Notes: a model not told the origin generated them from the letters alone. Shown: positions 27,277 to 36,719, counted from the first letter of the stretch. The stretch is DNA of 64,000 nucleotides from Candidatus Gastranaerophilaceae bacterium (GCA_045638605.1 JAZUBS010000034.1:30112-94111); one strand, 5' to 3'. Translations and numbers: made by a program.

Positions 27277-28203
27277 CTATTTCAAAGCTTCGACTGTAGC
27301 ATTTAGGCTTTCCACGTCATATACGTTAAAAGTTTTAACTTCTGCATTAATCTTTTTAACAAGTCCTGTTAAAACTTTACCTGGTCCTATTTCAATAATA
27401 GTATCTACGCCATTTTCAACCATATTATTAATAGTTTGAGTCCAATAAACAGAAGAATAAATTTGTTCTGGCATTTTCTTTTTAAAATCCGCCCCCAATG
27501 TAGTCTCTGCAGCGTCCGCATTAGTAATAACAGTACAATTTGCATCATTTACGTCGAATTTATCAACAAAAGTTGCAAATTCATTAGCAGCATCTTTCAT
27601 CAACGCACTATGAAATGCACCGGAAACTGGCAGAGGAATAACTCTTTTAGCTCCCGCTTCTTTTAAGTTTTCACAAGCTTTTTCAATAGCTTTAGTTTCA
27701 CCTGTGATAACAATTTGTGCAGGTGAATTATAGTTAGCAACAGAAACAATGCCTTCACTTTGCGCAGCATTAACACATTTTTCAACTTGTTCTTGCGGCA
27801 TTCCTATTACTGCAGCCATAGAACCAGTTGCAGCAGCATTCATTAACTCTGCACGTTTTTGAACTAATTTTAAAACATCATCTAAATCCAATGCCCAAGC
27901 CGCATACAATGCTGAATATTCTCCTAAACTGTGTCCTGCTACATAATCAGGCTTAATATTAGTTCTCTCTTTAAATGCTTCTAATGCCGCAATAGAAGTT
28001 GTTAAAATTGCAGGTTGTGTATTAATTGTTTGTTTTAAGTCTTCATCTGGACCTTCAAAACACATATTTGAAATACTTTTACCCAAAACCACATCAGCTC
28101 TATCAAAAACTTCACGAGCTGATGAAAAATTCTCGTATAAATCTTTTCCCATCCCAACAGATTGAGAACCTTGTCCTGGGAATACAAACGCTATTTTACC
28201 CAT
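27277..28203 (-). CDS. fabD: malonyl-CoA:ACP transacylase
   Basis: FVFPGQGSQ, active site GHSLGEYSAL, and a VSGAFHS motif. Confidence 0.95.
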   Translation of the reverse strand: MGKIAFVFPGQGSQSVGMGKDLYENFSSAREVFDRADVVLGKSISNMCFEGPDEDLKQTINTQPAILTTSIAALEAFKERTNIKPDYVAGHSLGEYSALYAAWALDLDDVLKLVQKRAELMNAAATGSMAAVIGMPQEQVEKCVNAAQSEGIVSVANYNSPAQIVITGETKAIEKACENLKEAGAKRVIPLPVSGAFHSALMKDAANEFATFVDKFDVNDANCTVITNADAAETTLGADFKKKMPEQIYSSVYWTQTINNMVENGVDTIIEIGPGKVLTGLVKKINAEVKTFNVYDVESLNATVEALK

Positions 28204-28305
28204 AAATATCTCCTTTTCTATAATAGTATTATTATCTCAAAAATTTACTTTTTATTCAAATTCTTATCTCATATTTGAATAAATGTAAATAAATTTTATT
28301 TTTGC

Positions 28306-28342
28306 GCAATTTTTATTTTAAAAAACACTTTATATAAATAAG
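28306..28342 (+). promoter_or_regulatory. conserved promoter-like motif GCAATTT-N18-TATATAAATAAG (copy A)
   Basis: Identical architecture to 13633 and 34580. It ends 19 nt before the ATG at 28362. Confidence 0.55.
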
Positions 28343-28361
28343 TGGAAGTGGAGGCTGTTTT

Positions 28362-28724
28362 ATGACTAATACAGTGGATTTTTTTACTCAAGGTTTTTGT
28401 GAAAATTACGCAAGTAATTTTTTCAAAAATGGAGAATTACGACTCGATTTAGTTGAAAAATATGGTTCTAAGTTTGGATTATCAAAAAATGATTTAAAAG
28501 GTAATGAAACTATTTTTGAATTAGCACAAATTATTTTTGAAAAACAAATAAATAATAATTTTGGAGGAACAGACCCTATTAAAAAAGGAATTTCTCAAAA
28601 GAAAAACTCTATCTTCCTTGAAGATAAAAAAATTCAATATGGGACAAACGATAAATACTCATTAGATGTTGTTGGTCGAGAATTTTTCGACACAAAAAAT
28701 CGAAAACTACAAATAATAACTTAA
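28362..28724 (+). CDS. hypothetical protein (120 aa)
   Basis: GGAGG RBS, the shared promoter-like motif upstream and a terminator downstream. Confidence 0.6.
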   Translation: MTNTVDFFTQGFCENYASNFFKNGELRLDLVEKYGSKFGLSKNDLKGNETIFELAQIIFEKQINNNFGGTDPIKKGISQKKNSIFLEDKKIQYGTNDKYSLDVVGREFFDTKNRKLQIIT

Positions 28725-28751
28725 TTTTTAACTTCAATTCCTTTCAAAAGA

Positions 28752-28781
28752 AAAGTCGACTTAGCAATAAGTCGGCTTTTT
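28752..28781 (+). terminator. intrinsic terminator
   Basis: 11-bp stem AAAGTCGACTT/AAGTCGGCTTT (one G-U pair) with T residues at the 3' end. Confidence 0.65.
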
Positions 28782-28788
28782 AGTAAAA

Positions 28789-29150
28789 GTAGGGGGCGTC
28801 GTTTGACGCACCGCAAGAATGTAGAATTGGATGCAGTAATGGTAGGGTGCAATTTATTGCACCGCAAGGTCTTTTGCGCACCGCAAGGTCTTCACCGTCA
28901 TCCCGAACTCGTTTCGGGATTCCATGACGATGATGTCAACTAATTCAAGATTTTGGGATTAAATGGTTTTGTGGATTGTGCTCGGTTGGGATGTAGAAAC
29001 GAGTTTTGCCTGACAATTTTGATGAGGTTTGTTAGAGATGCCCAAACAAGTTCAGTATGACGATTTTGATGGGTCGGAGGGGAGTTTTAGTAGCAAATAG
29101 GTGAAATTTGTTGGGGTATATTTTGTGGTGCGTCAAACTACACACCCTAC
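28789..29150. repeat. composite repeat cluster bracketed by inverted REP-like units
   Basis: GTAGGGGGCGTCGTTTGACGCACC (28789-28812), GTAGGGTGCAATTTATTGCACC (28842-28863), direct GCACCGCAAGGTCTT x2 (28859-28873 and 28878-28892). Hairpin CGTCATCCCGAA..TTCGGGAT..ATGACG (28896-28929). AACAAGTTCAGTATGACG module (29044-29061, within 29040-29062). Closing unit GGTGCGTCAAACTACACACCCTAC (29127-29150). Confidence 0.75.
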
Positions 29151-29189
29151 TTTCTGGAAAAACAAATAAAAACCTTTTAATTTTTAATT

Positions 29190-29468
29190 TTAAAAAGAAT
29201 TTACATCTTGCATTACTTGGTTTTTATAAGCAATCAAACATTTTGCAAGCTGATCAGGACAACTAGTATTTTTCGCCCCACAAGTTATTCCACTTAATTT
29301 TGAAATAACATCATCTATTTTCATACCTTTAATAAGTGATTTTATACCATTTAAGTTCCCATTACAGCCACCTAAAAATTCAGCATTAAGAATAATATCT
29401 TTTTCTACTTCAACTTGCATAATTTGACAACAAGTGCCTGTTGTTTTGTATTGAATTGTTTGACCCAT
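29190..29468 (-). CDS. TSCPD-domain protein (TIGR03905-like)
   Basis: 92 aa from the ATG at 29468: MGQTIQYKTTGTCCQ...GGCNGNL...CGAKNTSCPDQLAKCL, containing the eponymous TSCPD motif. The longer track ORF (to 29657) adds an implausible F/Y/K-rich AT-driven extension. Confidence 0.7.
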   Translation of the reverse strand: MGQTIQYKTTGTCCQIMQVEVEKDIILNAEFLGGCNGNLNGIKSLIKGMKIDDVISKLSGITCGAKNTSCPDQLAKCLIAYKNQVMQDVNSF

Positions 29469-29643
29469 AATAAACCTCATTTTTATAAATATATTAAAAT
29501 AATAACAAAAATAAAATTTATTATGTAAAATATTATACAAATACGATTGTATTTTTTTGAAAAATTTGTAAAAATAAAAGGAAAGTAATAGGTCTTTAAA
29601 TTTAAATAAAAGTTCTGCACAAAAAATGGGAAGAAGGAGTATT

Positions 29644-29883
29644 ATGTCTAAAGTCAATCCAATAACACAAAACTACGCATATATTAAAAGAACACCAAGT
29701 TTTAAAAAGAACTTATATCATCAAAATATTGAAACAGCAAAAAAAAATAAAAGTTTTATAACAAAAAAAAGAGTAATCTTAAGTATTGGATTAACTGCGG
29801 CAATAGTCGGATTGTATTTATATTTCAGAAAAGAACCAGATAAGGATTATATGGCTAAATTAAGAAGAACAGTCGTAGCATAA
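29644..29883 (+). CDS. small single-pass membrane protein
   Basis: GAAGGAG RBS 6 nt before the ATG at 29644. TM segment ILSIGLTAAIVGLYLYF. N-terminus is MSKVNPITQNY. Confidence 0.5.
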   Translation: MSKVNPITQNYAYIKRTPSFKKNLYHQNIETAKKNKSFITKKRVILSIGLTAAIVGLYLYFRKEPDKDYMAKLRRTVVA

Positions 29884-29944
29884 AAACAGTGTTTTAAAAT
29901 TTATTATTTAAGCTATAATTATATGGTATATTTTTGGAGCTAGA

Positions 29945-30499
29945 ATGATTAATTTTATAGATAAATATTTTTCAAATTTAAAAACCTGTATTGATAAAAT
30001 TGATAAAAAAGAAATAGAAAAATTTTTAGAAATTCTTATTGACGCAAGAGATAACAACAAAACCATATTTATTATGGGCAATGGCGGCTCAGCTTCTACT
30101 GCAAGCCATTTTTGCTGTGAACTTAACAAGGGTGCAAGTTATAACAAAGACAAAAAATTCAAAGTTATTTGTTTAAACGATAGTATTTCAACGATTTTAG
30201 CTTATGCAAATGATGTTAATTTTGAAGATATTTTTAAAGAACAATTGAAAAATTTTGTACAAAAAGGTGATGTAGTAATTGGAATTTCAAGCAGTGGCAA
30301 TTCAAAAAATATATTATCCGCTATTGAGTATGCAAATAAAGTTGGCGCAATTACTATAGGATTGACGGGTAGAGATGGCGGCGAACTAAAAAAACTTTCT
30401 AAATATAGTGTTAATCCTAACTATGACGACTTGCAAATATCAGAAGATATTCATATGATAATTGTGCATTTGATATATCGTTATTTAATAGAAAAATAA
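29945..30499 (+). CDS. gmhA: SIS-domain phosphoheptose isomerase-like protein
   Basis: IFIMGNGGSASTASHFCCEL, GISSSGNSKNIL, GLTGRDGG and ISEDIHMIIVH match GmhA-type SIS proteins. Confidence 0.78.
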   Translation: MINFIDKYFSNLKTCIDKIDKKEIEKFLEILIDARDNNKTIFIMGNGGSASTASHFCCELNKGASYNKDKKFKVICLNDSISTILAYANDVNFEDIFKEQLKNFVQKGDVVIGISSSGNSKNILSAIEYANKVGAITIGLTGRDGGELKKLSKYSVNPNYDDLQISEDIHMIIVHLIYRYLIEK

Positions 30500-30500
30500 A

Positions 30501-32573
30501 TTATACTTGTTTCAATCCTGCTAAATTAGGATCAAGAAGGCGTCTACCAACTTCTTCAAATTGGATTGAACAAAGTGTTTTGTTTCCATAATTCATTATC
30601 TTTTCAATAACACCCCGTCCATATTTTTCATGGTAAATAATATTCCCCTCTGTAAATTCTGGTTCTATTTCATTATCTAATTCTGGAACAGAATAAACAG
30701 GGATTGGCTGTGAAGAATATTCATCATCAGATTTTTCTTTATCCTCAGGGTCATACTCTTCCTTATATTCTTCATCTTCAAAATTTTCTTCTTCAAGACT
30801 CTCTTCATCATGTTGAATTTCTTCAATTTCATAAACAATAGATTGTTCTTTTTGTTCTTCAGACGTTTCTTCTAACTCATTTTCATAACTTAATTGAGTT
30901 TCTTCTTCAATCTCATCTATATTTATACCTTGTTCAATATCTCCAACATTATATTCTTGCATATTTTTTTGTTGTTCAATATTTTCCTGAATTTCGTTAA
31001 ATTCTGTTTGCTCTTCTTCAATTTCAATATTATTTTCGTCTAAATCTTCGTTAGTATATTCAGAATCCAATTCGTCCAACATATCTAAATCAGAGTCTTC
31101 AAACACAAATTCTTCATTATTTTCAACAGCTTCTTGCTCTTGATAAGAATCCATTTGCTCAATAAAATCTAAATCTTCATCTGTTGTTTTAAATTCATCA
31201 TTATAATTTTGTTGCGAAATAGAGGTTTTATTGTCTTCTATAGAAACATTATTTGATAACTGTTGATTTTGCGGCACCGAATAATTTTGTGCACCTGCAC
31301 GATACAATTTATCAACATCTTTTTGTATTTGTTCTTCTATATAATCAGGTGCCATATTTGAGTCTATATAGGTTAATCTAACAAGGAATGATAAATACAA
31401 AGTATCTTCACCACAAACAACATATTCGTCACGATTTAACTTTTGAACAAATGAACTATAAATTGCAAAATCATTCAATAATTGAATAGGTGGAAATAAA
31501 ATCATATTTTTAGCAATAGATTTCATCACATTTACATATTGATGAGAATAACAAGATACTAAAACAGGATTTATATTTTGATTGTTATATATATCCAAAA
31601 TAGTTTTCTTATCAGAATTATCATCTTCTAATTTTGCAATAAATAAACATTTTTCATTTATGTTTTTTGCTAGATAATTCAAAATCAAACGATGCCATAT
31701 AAACTCAACACAAGTTGCATCTATCACTACAATATCGTTTTCTCTTATTGCTTGATTTAAATACTCAAAATCTGATTTATTTTCTGCAAAAATACCTTGT
31801 TGCGCATATTTTACAAATTTATTCTTAAACAACATTAACTCAGGAATTTTATTCTCTTCATACTGTGAATAAATTACACTTTTAATAGTAGAAAAAGGCA
31901 AAAAACCTGCGCTCAAGGTTTTAATATACTCCTGTAATTCAATAATAATATCTTGAACTACAGCTTGAGTCGACAAAGACTCTTCTTTTAACTCTGTTTC
32001 ATAAATATAATTTAAAGTATCGTAAGATAAAGGTAATTTAAAATCTTCTCCCGGAGTTACATAAAAAGCATTATCAATTTTTAAACAACCATCAAAATCG
32101 ACTAAAACTGTTTTCTTCCCTAATTTTGAATTAGAATAAACTAAATTATTTGCAATTACATTATAATTTGCATAATCGTCCATCAAAATTAACGGTTTGT
32201 TTTCTAAAATATTTTTTTCAGTTTTAAACAATACATTATCATGTTGTGCTAAATAACCCCATTCTACAGCAGAAACTCCTTTTTCACACAACATTGAAAT
32301 AACTTGGTCTTGAGAAACCAACGTAATTTCCGCGCCAGTAGAAGGACTAAACCCGATGTAAGGATTAATTTTTCCTGTATCATCCACTGAAAGACAGCCT
32401 TTTAAAACAGCGATATTTATATCTTTTTCTTTAGATGATTCTATACCAATAACTTGGGTTAAAATCGACTTAGCGCCTTCTGTAACCAATAAAAAGTCAG
32501 ATAACAACAAACCGTTTTGAAACGGAGAATACGCCAATTTTAATATATCATTCCTTACTTCGATTATCTGCAC
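30501..32573 (-). CDS. hypothetical protein with acidic linker and C-terminal PcrA/UvrD-type Tudor-like domain
   Basis: 690 aa. ~420-aa unknown N-terminal region, ~200-aa D/E-rich linker. C-terminal GNIIYHEKYGRGVIEKI...IQFEEVGRRLLDPNLAGLKQV resembles the C-terminal Tudor domain of PcrA/UvrD. Confidence 0.6.
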   Translation of the reverse strand: MQIIEVRNDILKLAYSPFQNGLLLSDFLLVTEGAKSILTQVIGIESSKEKDINIAVLKGCLSVDDTGKINPYIGFSPSTGAEITLVSQDQVISMLCEKGVSAVEWGYLAQHDNVLFKTEKNILENKPLILMDDYANYNVIANNLVYSNSKLGKKTVLVDFDGCLKIDNAFYVTPGEDFKLPLSYDTLNYIYETELKEESLSTQAVVQDIIIELQEYIKTLSAGFLPFSTIKSVIYSQYEENKIPELMLFKNKFVKYAQQGIFAENKSDFEYLNQAIRENDIVVIDATCVEFIWHRLILNYLAKNINEKCLFIAKLEDDNSDKKTILDIYNNQNINPVLVSCYSHQYVNVMKSIAKNMILFPPIQLLNDFAIYSSFVQKLNRDEYVVCGEDTLYLSFLVRLTYIDSNMAPDYIEEQIQKDVDKLYRAGAQNYSVPQNQQLSNNVSIEDNKTSISQQNYNDEFKTTDEDLDFIEQMDSYQEQEAVENNEEFVFEDSDLDMLDELDSEYTNEDLDENNIEIEEEQTEFNEIQENIEQQKNMQEYNVGDIEQGINIDEIEEETQLSYENELEETSEEQKEQSIVYEIEEIQHDEESLEEENFEDEEYKEEYDPEDKEKSDDEYSSQPIPVYSVPELDNEIEPEFTEGNIIYHEKYGRGVIEKIMNYGNKTLCSIQFEEVGRRLLDPNLAGLKQV

Positions 32574-32681
32574 AACTAATTCTCTTTAATTATTGCTAAA
32601 TTAATTATACATAAAAAAGTAAAAACGTAAAGCCTTGAATTGTATTAAAAATACAAAATTCCTAATAAAAATAGATGATTT

Positions 32682-34061
32682 TTAATTTTCATTCAATTTT
32701 TTATCAATATTAAGCAAGGCGGTCAACAAAGGATCAATCGAAGGTGAAAATGGCGGCGCATACGTCATATCAAGATTAACTAAATCACTAACCGTTTTAT
32801 TACTCATAATAGCACCCGTTACAGTGTTTATTCTTTTATCTGCATCTCCACAGCCTATTGCTTGGGCACCCAAAATCTTTTTTGTTTTTTTATCAGCAAT
32901 AACCTTTATTGTTATATTTTTGACTTCTGGCATATAACCGGCTTTATCTTTTTTAGTAATGGTTTCAGTTATAACCTCAAATCCATTTTCAATTGCTTCT
33001 TTTTCATTGAGTCCTGTTTTTGACATAGTAAAACCGTTAAAACGAGTGACAGCAGAGCCTAAAACTCCTGAAAAAACTTCTTTTGTCCCAGCCAAATTTA
33101 TGGCACAAGTTCGCCCTTCTTTGTTCGCAGTAGAACCTAGTGGTATCCAGCAAGGTTTTTGTGAAACAATATGAGTTTTTTCTGCACAATCGCCAATTGC
33201 CCATATATTAGGAATGTTTGTTTGCAAATATTTATTTACTTTAATTGTATTTTTTATGCCAAATTCAATACCACTATTAACAATATAATCAGTAGTAGGT
33301 TTAACCCCAACACACAAAACAACAAAATCGGCTTCTATTTCTCTGCCATCTTGCAATTTTATAGCCTTAACAGAACCATTTTCACCAATAAACTCTTCTG
33401 CAATAGAAGATTTTATTATTTCAACCTTGTCAGAAGATATTTCTAAAATGTGTTTTTCAATTTTATCTGACATATCTTCATCAAAAACATTTATAATTTG
33501 CGAAGCCCCTTCTATCAACTTAACATTTAATCCATTTCTAACAAATGCTTCTAATAGCTCAATTCCAATATAACCTGCACCAATTATTGCTGCAGTTTTT
33601 GATTTTAACATCTGTTCTTTTATTTCTATGCCATCATTAACATGTCTTAAACTAAATATATTCTTTAATTCAATATTTTTTAAATTTGGAATAATTGGCT
33701 TAGCACCTGTTGCTAAAACTAATTCATCAAAGTTATCTTCAAAAATTTTATTATTTTCTATATCCAAAACTTTGATTAATTTTTTATTTGCGTCTATAGA
33801 AAGTAATTTATGTTTAAGTTTTAAATCAATACCTGCTTTTAAATAGTCTTCTGGTTTCCTAATAATCAAATTTTCACTACTTTTTATCTGACCACCAATA
33901 AAATAAGGTAGCCCACAAGCTGAATAAGAAACCATATTTTCTTCTGTATAAACAAGAATATCCCACTTGGGTTGTTCTCGTTTAAGCTTAAACGCACACT
34001 TTGAACCTGCTGCAACAGCACCAATTATTACTATTTTCTTTGTCTCATTCATAGTAAACAT
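32682..34061 (-). CDS. pyridine nucleotide-disulfide oxidoreductase, NADH oxidase / CoA-disulfide reductase family
   Basis: GAVAAG dinucleotide fold, redox Cys in SYSACGLPY, second GAGYIGIE fold, GDCA motif. Start may be the Met 3 codons downstream. Confidence 0.85.
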   Translation of the reverse strand: MFTMNETKKIVIIGAVAAGSKCAFKLKREQPKWDILVYTEENMVSYSACGLPYFIGGQIKSSENLIIRKPEDYLKAGIDLKLKHKLLSIDANKKLIKVLDIENNKIFEDNFDELVLATGAKPIIPNLKNIELKNIFSLRHVNDGIEIKEQMLKSKTAAIIGAGYIGIELLEAFVRNGLNVKLIEGASQIINVFDEDMSDKIEKHILEISSDKVEIIKSSIAEEFIGENGSVKAIKLQDGREIEADFVVLCVGVKPTTDYIVNSGIEFGIKNTIKVNKYLQTNIPNIWAIGDCAEKTHIVSQKPCWIPLGSTANKEGRTCAINLAGTKEVFSGVLGSAVTRFNGFTMSKTGLNEKEAIENGFEVITETITKKDKAGYMPEVKNITIKVIADKKTKKILGAQAIGCGDADKRINTVTGAIMSNKTVSDLVNLDMTYAPPFSPSIDPLLTALLNIDKKLNEN

Positions 34062-34234
34062 TTTTATTTATTTAGAAAAATTTTTCATCACTCAAATAGG
34101 CTAACTTTTTATAAACAAAATACGTCATATCAATGAAAAAACAATTACATACTTGTCAAACACAAAGAAAAAAGCTATAATACCACTGTTGAATACAGCT
34201 TTGTATTCATTATGACAAACTAGGAGATACCATT

Positions 34235-34498
34235 ATGTACCAAGATGAAAAGCTCATTTGTGAAGACTGTGGAGCTGAATTTATCTTCACACAAGGCGAA
34301 CAGGAATTTTATGCAGAAAAAGGTCTTGTTAATAAGCCAAAAAGATGTCAAGATTGCCGTAAAGCAAGAAGACAAAAATCTAAAAAAAGACTTTATGACA
34401 CTGTTTGCTCAGCATGTGGTGCAGCAACTAAAGTTCCTTTTAAACCAATTGAAGGAAAAGAAGTTTTTTGCAGAGACTGCTACGCTAAAAACAAATAG
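34235..34498 (+). CDS. zinc-ribbon protein (CxxC x4)
   Basis: 87 aa with CEDCG...CQDCR...CSACG...CRDCY. GGAG RBS and a strong terminator downstream. Confidence 0.65.
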   Translation: MYQDEKLICEDCGAEFIFTQGEQEFYAEKGLVNKPKRCQDCRKARRQKSKKRLYDTVCSACGAATKVPFKPIEGKEVFCRDCYAKNK

Positions 34499-34522
34499 GC
34501 TTTTTGTTTTTAATAGATTTTT

Positions 34523-34549
34523 AAAACCCCGATTAAATCGGGGTTTTTT
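34523..34549 (+). terminator. intrinsic terminator
   Basis: AAAACCCCGAT-taa-ATCGGGGTTTT followed by a T-run. Confidence 0.88.
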
Positions 34550-34579
34550 GTTGATTTTTAATTTTTGTAAATTAATTAG

Positions 34580-34616
34580 GCAATTTTTCCGCTAAAAATG
34601 TTTTTATATAAATAAG
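34580..34616 (+). promoter_or_regulatory. conserved promoter-like motif GCAATTT-N18-TATATAAATAAG (copy C)
   Basis: Identical spacing to copies A and B. It ends 15 nt before the ATG at 34632. Confidence 0.55.
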
Positions 34617-34631
34617 GTAGTTAGGGGTAAT

Positions 34632-36719
34632 ATGACTAATTTGAATTTACATAATTATAATAATCAATATCCAATCAATGCTTATCCGCAACAAATGGCA
34701 GCGTATACTCCTAATATGCAAGGCGTACCTCCTTCTATGCAAGGGTTGGATTATGATACATTAAAACTTCAAACGCAAGACAGTGCGCTTGGTCAAGCAA
34801 CAAGACACTACAGCACTGAAACCCCTGAAGCTACACTAAGCACAATGTTAAAAAGTTTAGCCTGCAGTTTATTAATGAGTATCGGATTTACCGGCGCAAC
34901 AAACTGGTTAATGAGTTCAAAAAAAATAGCTGATGGGGCTTCTAACGCGAAAGACTTCGCGCAAACAAGATTGTATAAAGCCGGACAAGTCCTTGATGAT
35001 AAAATTGGAGACTCAACAATTGTAAAAGGCGTACAAAACGCTGCAAATGGAATTAAAGGATTTTTCTCTAAAATTACGCCAGCACCATTAAAAGAAGCAT
35101 TTGCCAAAATGCAAACAGGAAGTATCGCTGTTTGGGACAAACAAGGTATGTTCCATTTAGGAAAAGGTGCAGAGGCGTTAAATGATTTTGTTGATGCAAC
35201 AACAAAAGTCCCATCTGACAAAATTACAGCATTATTAAAAAACAACGGTGCTGGACACAAAGTCGATGAAGTTTTAGATATTATTAATAAAGTTAAAAAA
35301 GGTTCTATTCGCGGCACTGCAGCGTTTGAAAAGTTGTACCCGATATTTGATAAAATGCCGGCAAAAGAATTAGCAAAACTCAATGAGCAGGGTTGGTTTG
35401 GCAAACTGCTTGGTTTGAAAACGGACTTAAGTAATGGCTTGCATAAAGCAAAATTCTTTAATGGTTCATTGAATAAAGCCCAAGGTCCCGTTGCGAAATT
35501 ATTCCAAAAAATGTCTGCCCTTGTTGGTGAAGCATCTGGAAACGGCGTTTTAGGCGGAAAAATGGCTCTATTTATGGGCTCATTTGGTTTAATGCAAGGC
35601 TTTACTGCTGCAGCCAAAGCAGAAAAAGGTGACAAGCTTAAAGCCTTTATGGAAGATTATATCGGATTTACATTAGGTTCTTATTTAATGTCATTCGTTG
35701 TTGGTACTTGGTTTAACAAATTCTTAGGTGTAACTGAATTAGGTATGGATGTCAATTCAAAAGCATTCAAAGATATTTGTACAAAATTAAAGCTAGACCC
35801 TAAAACAACCAAACGAGTCCAAGAAGCAGTAATTGCATTTAACAAAGAATTTAAAGATATTAGAAAAGCAAAAAAAGTTATAGAACAACTAAAATCTGGT
35901 AAAATTACAAAAGATGTTGCCTATAAACAAATCAAAAACTTAGTAGATACAAAAAATCTAAAAATTGATAATTTGTATGAATCAATTTCTCAATCACGAT
36001 TGATAGACAAAGTTGAAACTAGGATGGCAGAATTTGGAACCAAGGGAACTCTTCGTCAAGCAATAAAAAATTCTATGAAGTCTAAATTAACAATAAAAGA
36101 AGCCGGTATCGGTAAATACATTGTCCAAAAACCACTTGAATTAATGGGTAAGTTGTTCTCTGTTGGTCGTTATAATATGATGGATGGCAGCAAATTCTCA
36201 TTCAAGAGCATAAGAAAAGCCGCATCACGTTGGGGTGGAGGTATCGGTAGAATGATACTTGTAGGATTTGTTTTAGTTGAACCATTTAGAAAAGGTTTTG
36301 TAAAACTTTCTCACGCTATTTTTGGTAAACCTAAAAACTCAACATTAGATGATGGTAAAAAAACGAAGACTGAAGAATTACCAAACCAACAACTTGCTCA
36401 ACTTCAGCAAATGGCACAACAGCAACAAACACCTCAACCACAACAAATTCAACCCGCACAACAACCTATGGCAGCTGCTCCAATGAACAATTCTCAGCCA
36501 ATTGCATCTGCGCCAATAAATGCACAAACTCAAAACAAAACACCAACGATTGAAGATGAAATAGCAGCAACGGAATTAAAACGTTCTTATATTCCATCTG
36601 CTCAACCCTCTCAGTTTGCGCTTCAAAAAGATCCAAGAGAAGCAGAAGTTGAAAATGCAATCTTAAAAGCACAAAAAGCTGAAAATGCTGCTCAAAACTT
36701 TTTATCTAGCGGATTTTAA
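34632..36719 (+). CDS. large hypothetical membrane-associated protein with Q/P-rich C-terminal region
   Basis: 695 aa, GGGG RBS, hydrophobic segments (LACSLLMSIGF, GFTLGSYLMSFVVGTWF, ILVGFVLV). No family recognised. Confidence 0.65.
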   Translation: MTNLNLHNYNNQYPINAYPQQMAAYTPNMQGVPPSMQGLDYDTLKLQTQDSALGQATRHYSTETPEATLSTMLKSLACSLLMSIGFTGATNWLMSSKKIADGASNAKDFAQTRLYKAGQVLDDKIGDSTIVKGVQNAANGIKGFFSKITPAPLKEAFAKMQTGSIAVWDKQGMFHLGKGAEALNDFVDATTKVPSDKITALLKNNGAGHKVDEVLDIINKVKKGSIRGTAAFEKLYPIFDKMPAKELAKLNEQGWFGKLLGLKTDLSNGLHKAKFFNGSLNKAQGPVAKLFQKMSALVGEASGNGVLGGKMALFMGSFGLMQGFTAAAKAEKGDKLKAFMEDYIGFTLGSYLMSFVVGTWFNKFLGVTELGMDVNSKAFKDICTKLKLDPKTTKRVQEAVIAFNKEFKDIRKAKKVIEQLKSGKITKDVAYKQIKNLVDTKNLKIDNLYESISQSRLIDKVETRMAEFGTKGTLRQAIKNSMKSKLTIKEAGIGKYIVQKPLELMGKLFSVGRYNMMDGSKFSFKSIRKAASRWGGGIGRMILVGFVLVEPFRKGFVKLSHAIFGKPKNSTLDDGKKTKTEELPNQQLAQLQQMAQQQQTPQPQQIQPAQQPMAAAPMNNSQPIASAPINAQTQNKTPTIEDEIAATELKRSYIPSAQPSQFALQKDPREAEVENAILKAQKAENAAQNFLSSGF

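Noticed and set aside
28859-28892. Direct repeats examined as a possible CRISPR array
   Set aside because: There are only two 15-nt copies 4 nt apart. The REP-like units elsewhere are palindromic, irregularly spaced and dispersed. No array geometry and no cas genes are present.
29469-29657. N-terminal 63 codons of the track ORF 29190..29657
   Set aside because: The F/Y/K/L-rich read-through of AT-rich promoter DNA is implausible. The conserved TSCPD-type protein starts at the internal ATG at 29468.
34808-35635. 275-aa minus-strand ORF
   Set aside because: It lies entirely antisense inside the 695-aa plus-strand gene. Its P/F/S/A-rich composition is typical of an antisense shadow. It has no RBS, whereas the plus-strand gene has a promoter motif and an RBS.
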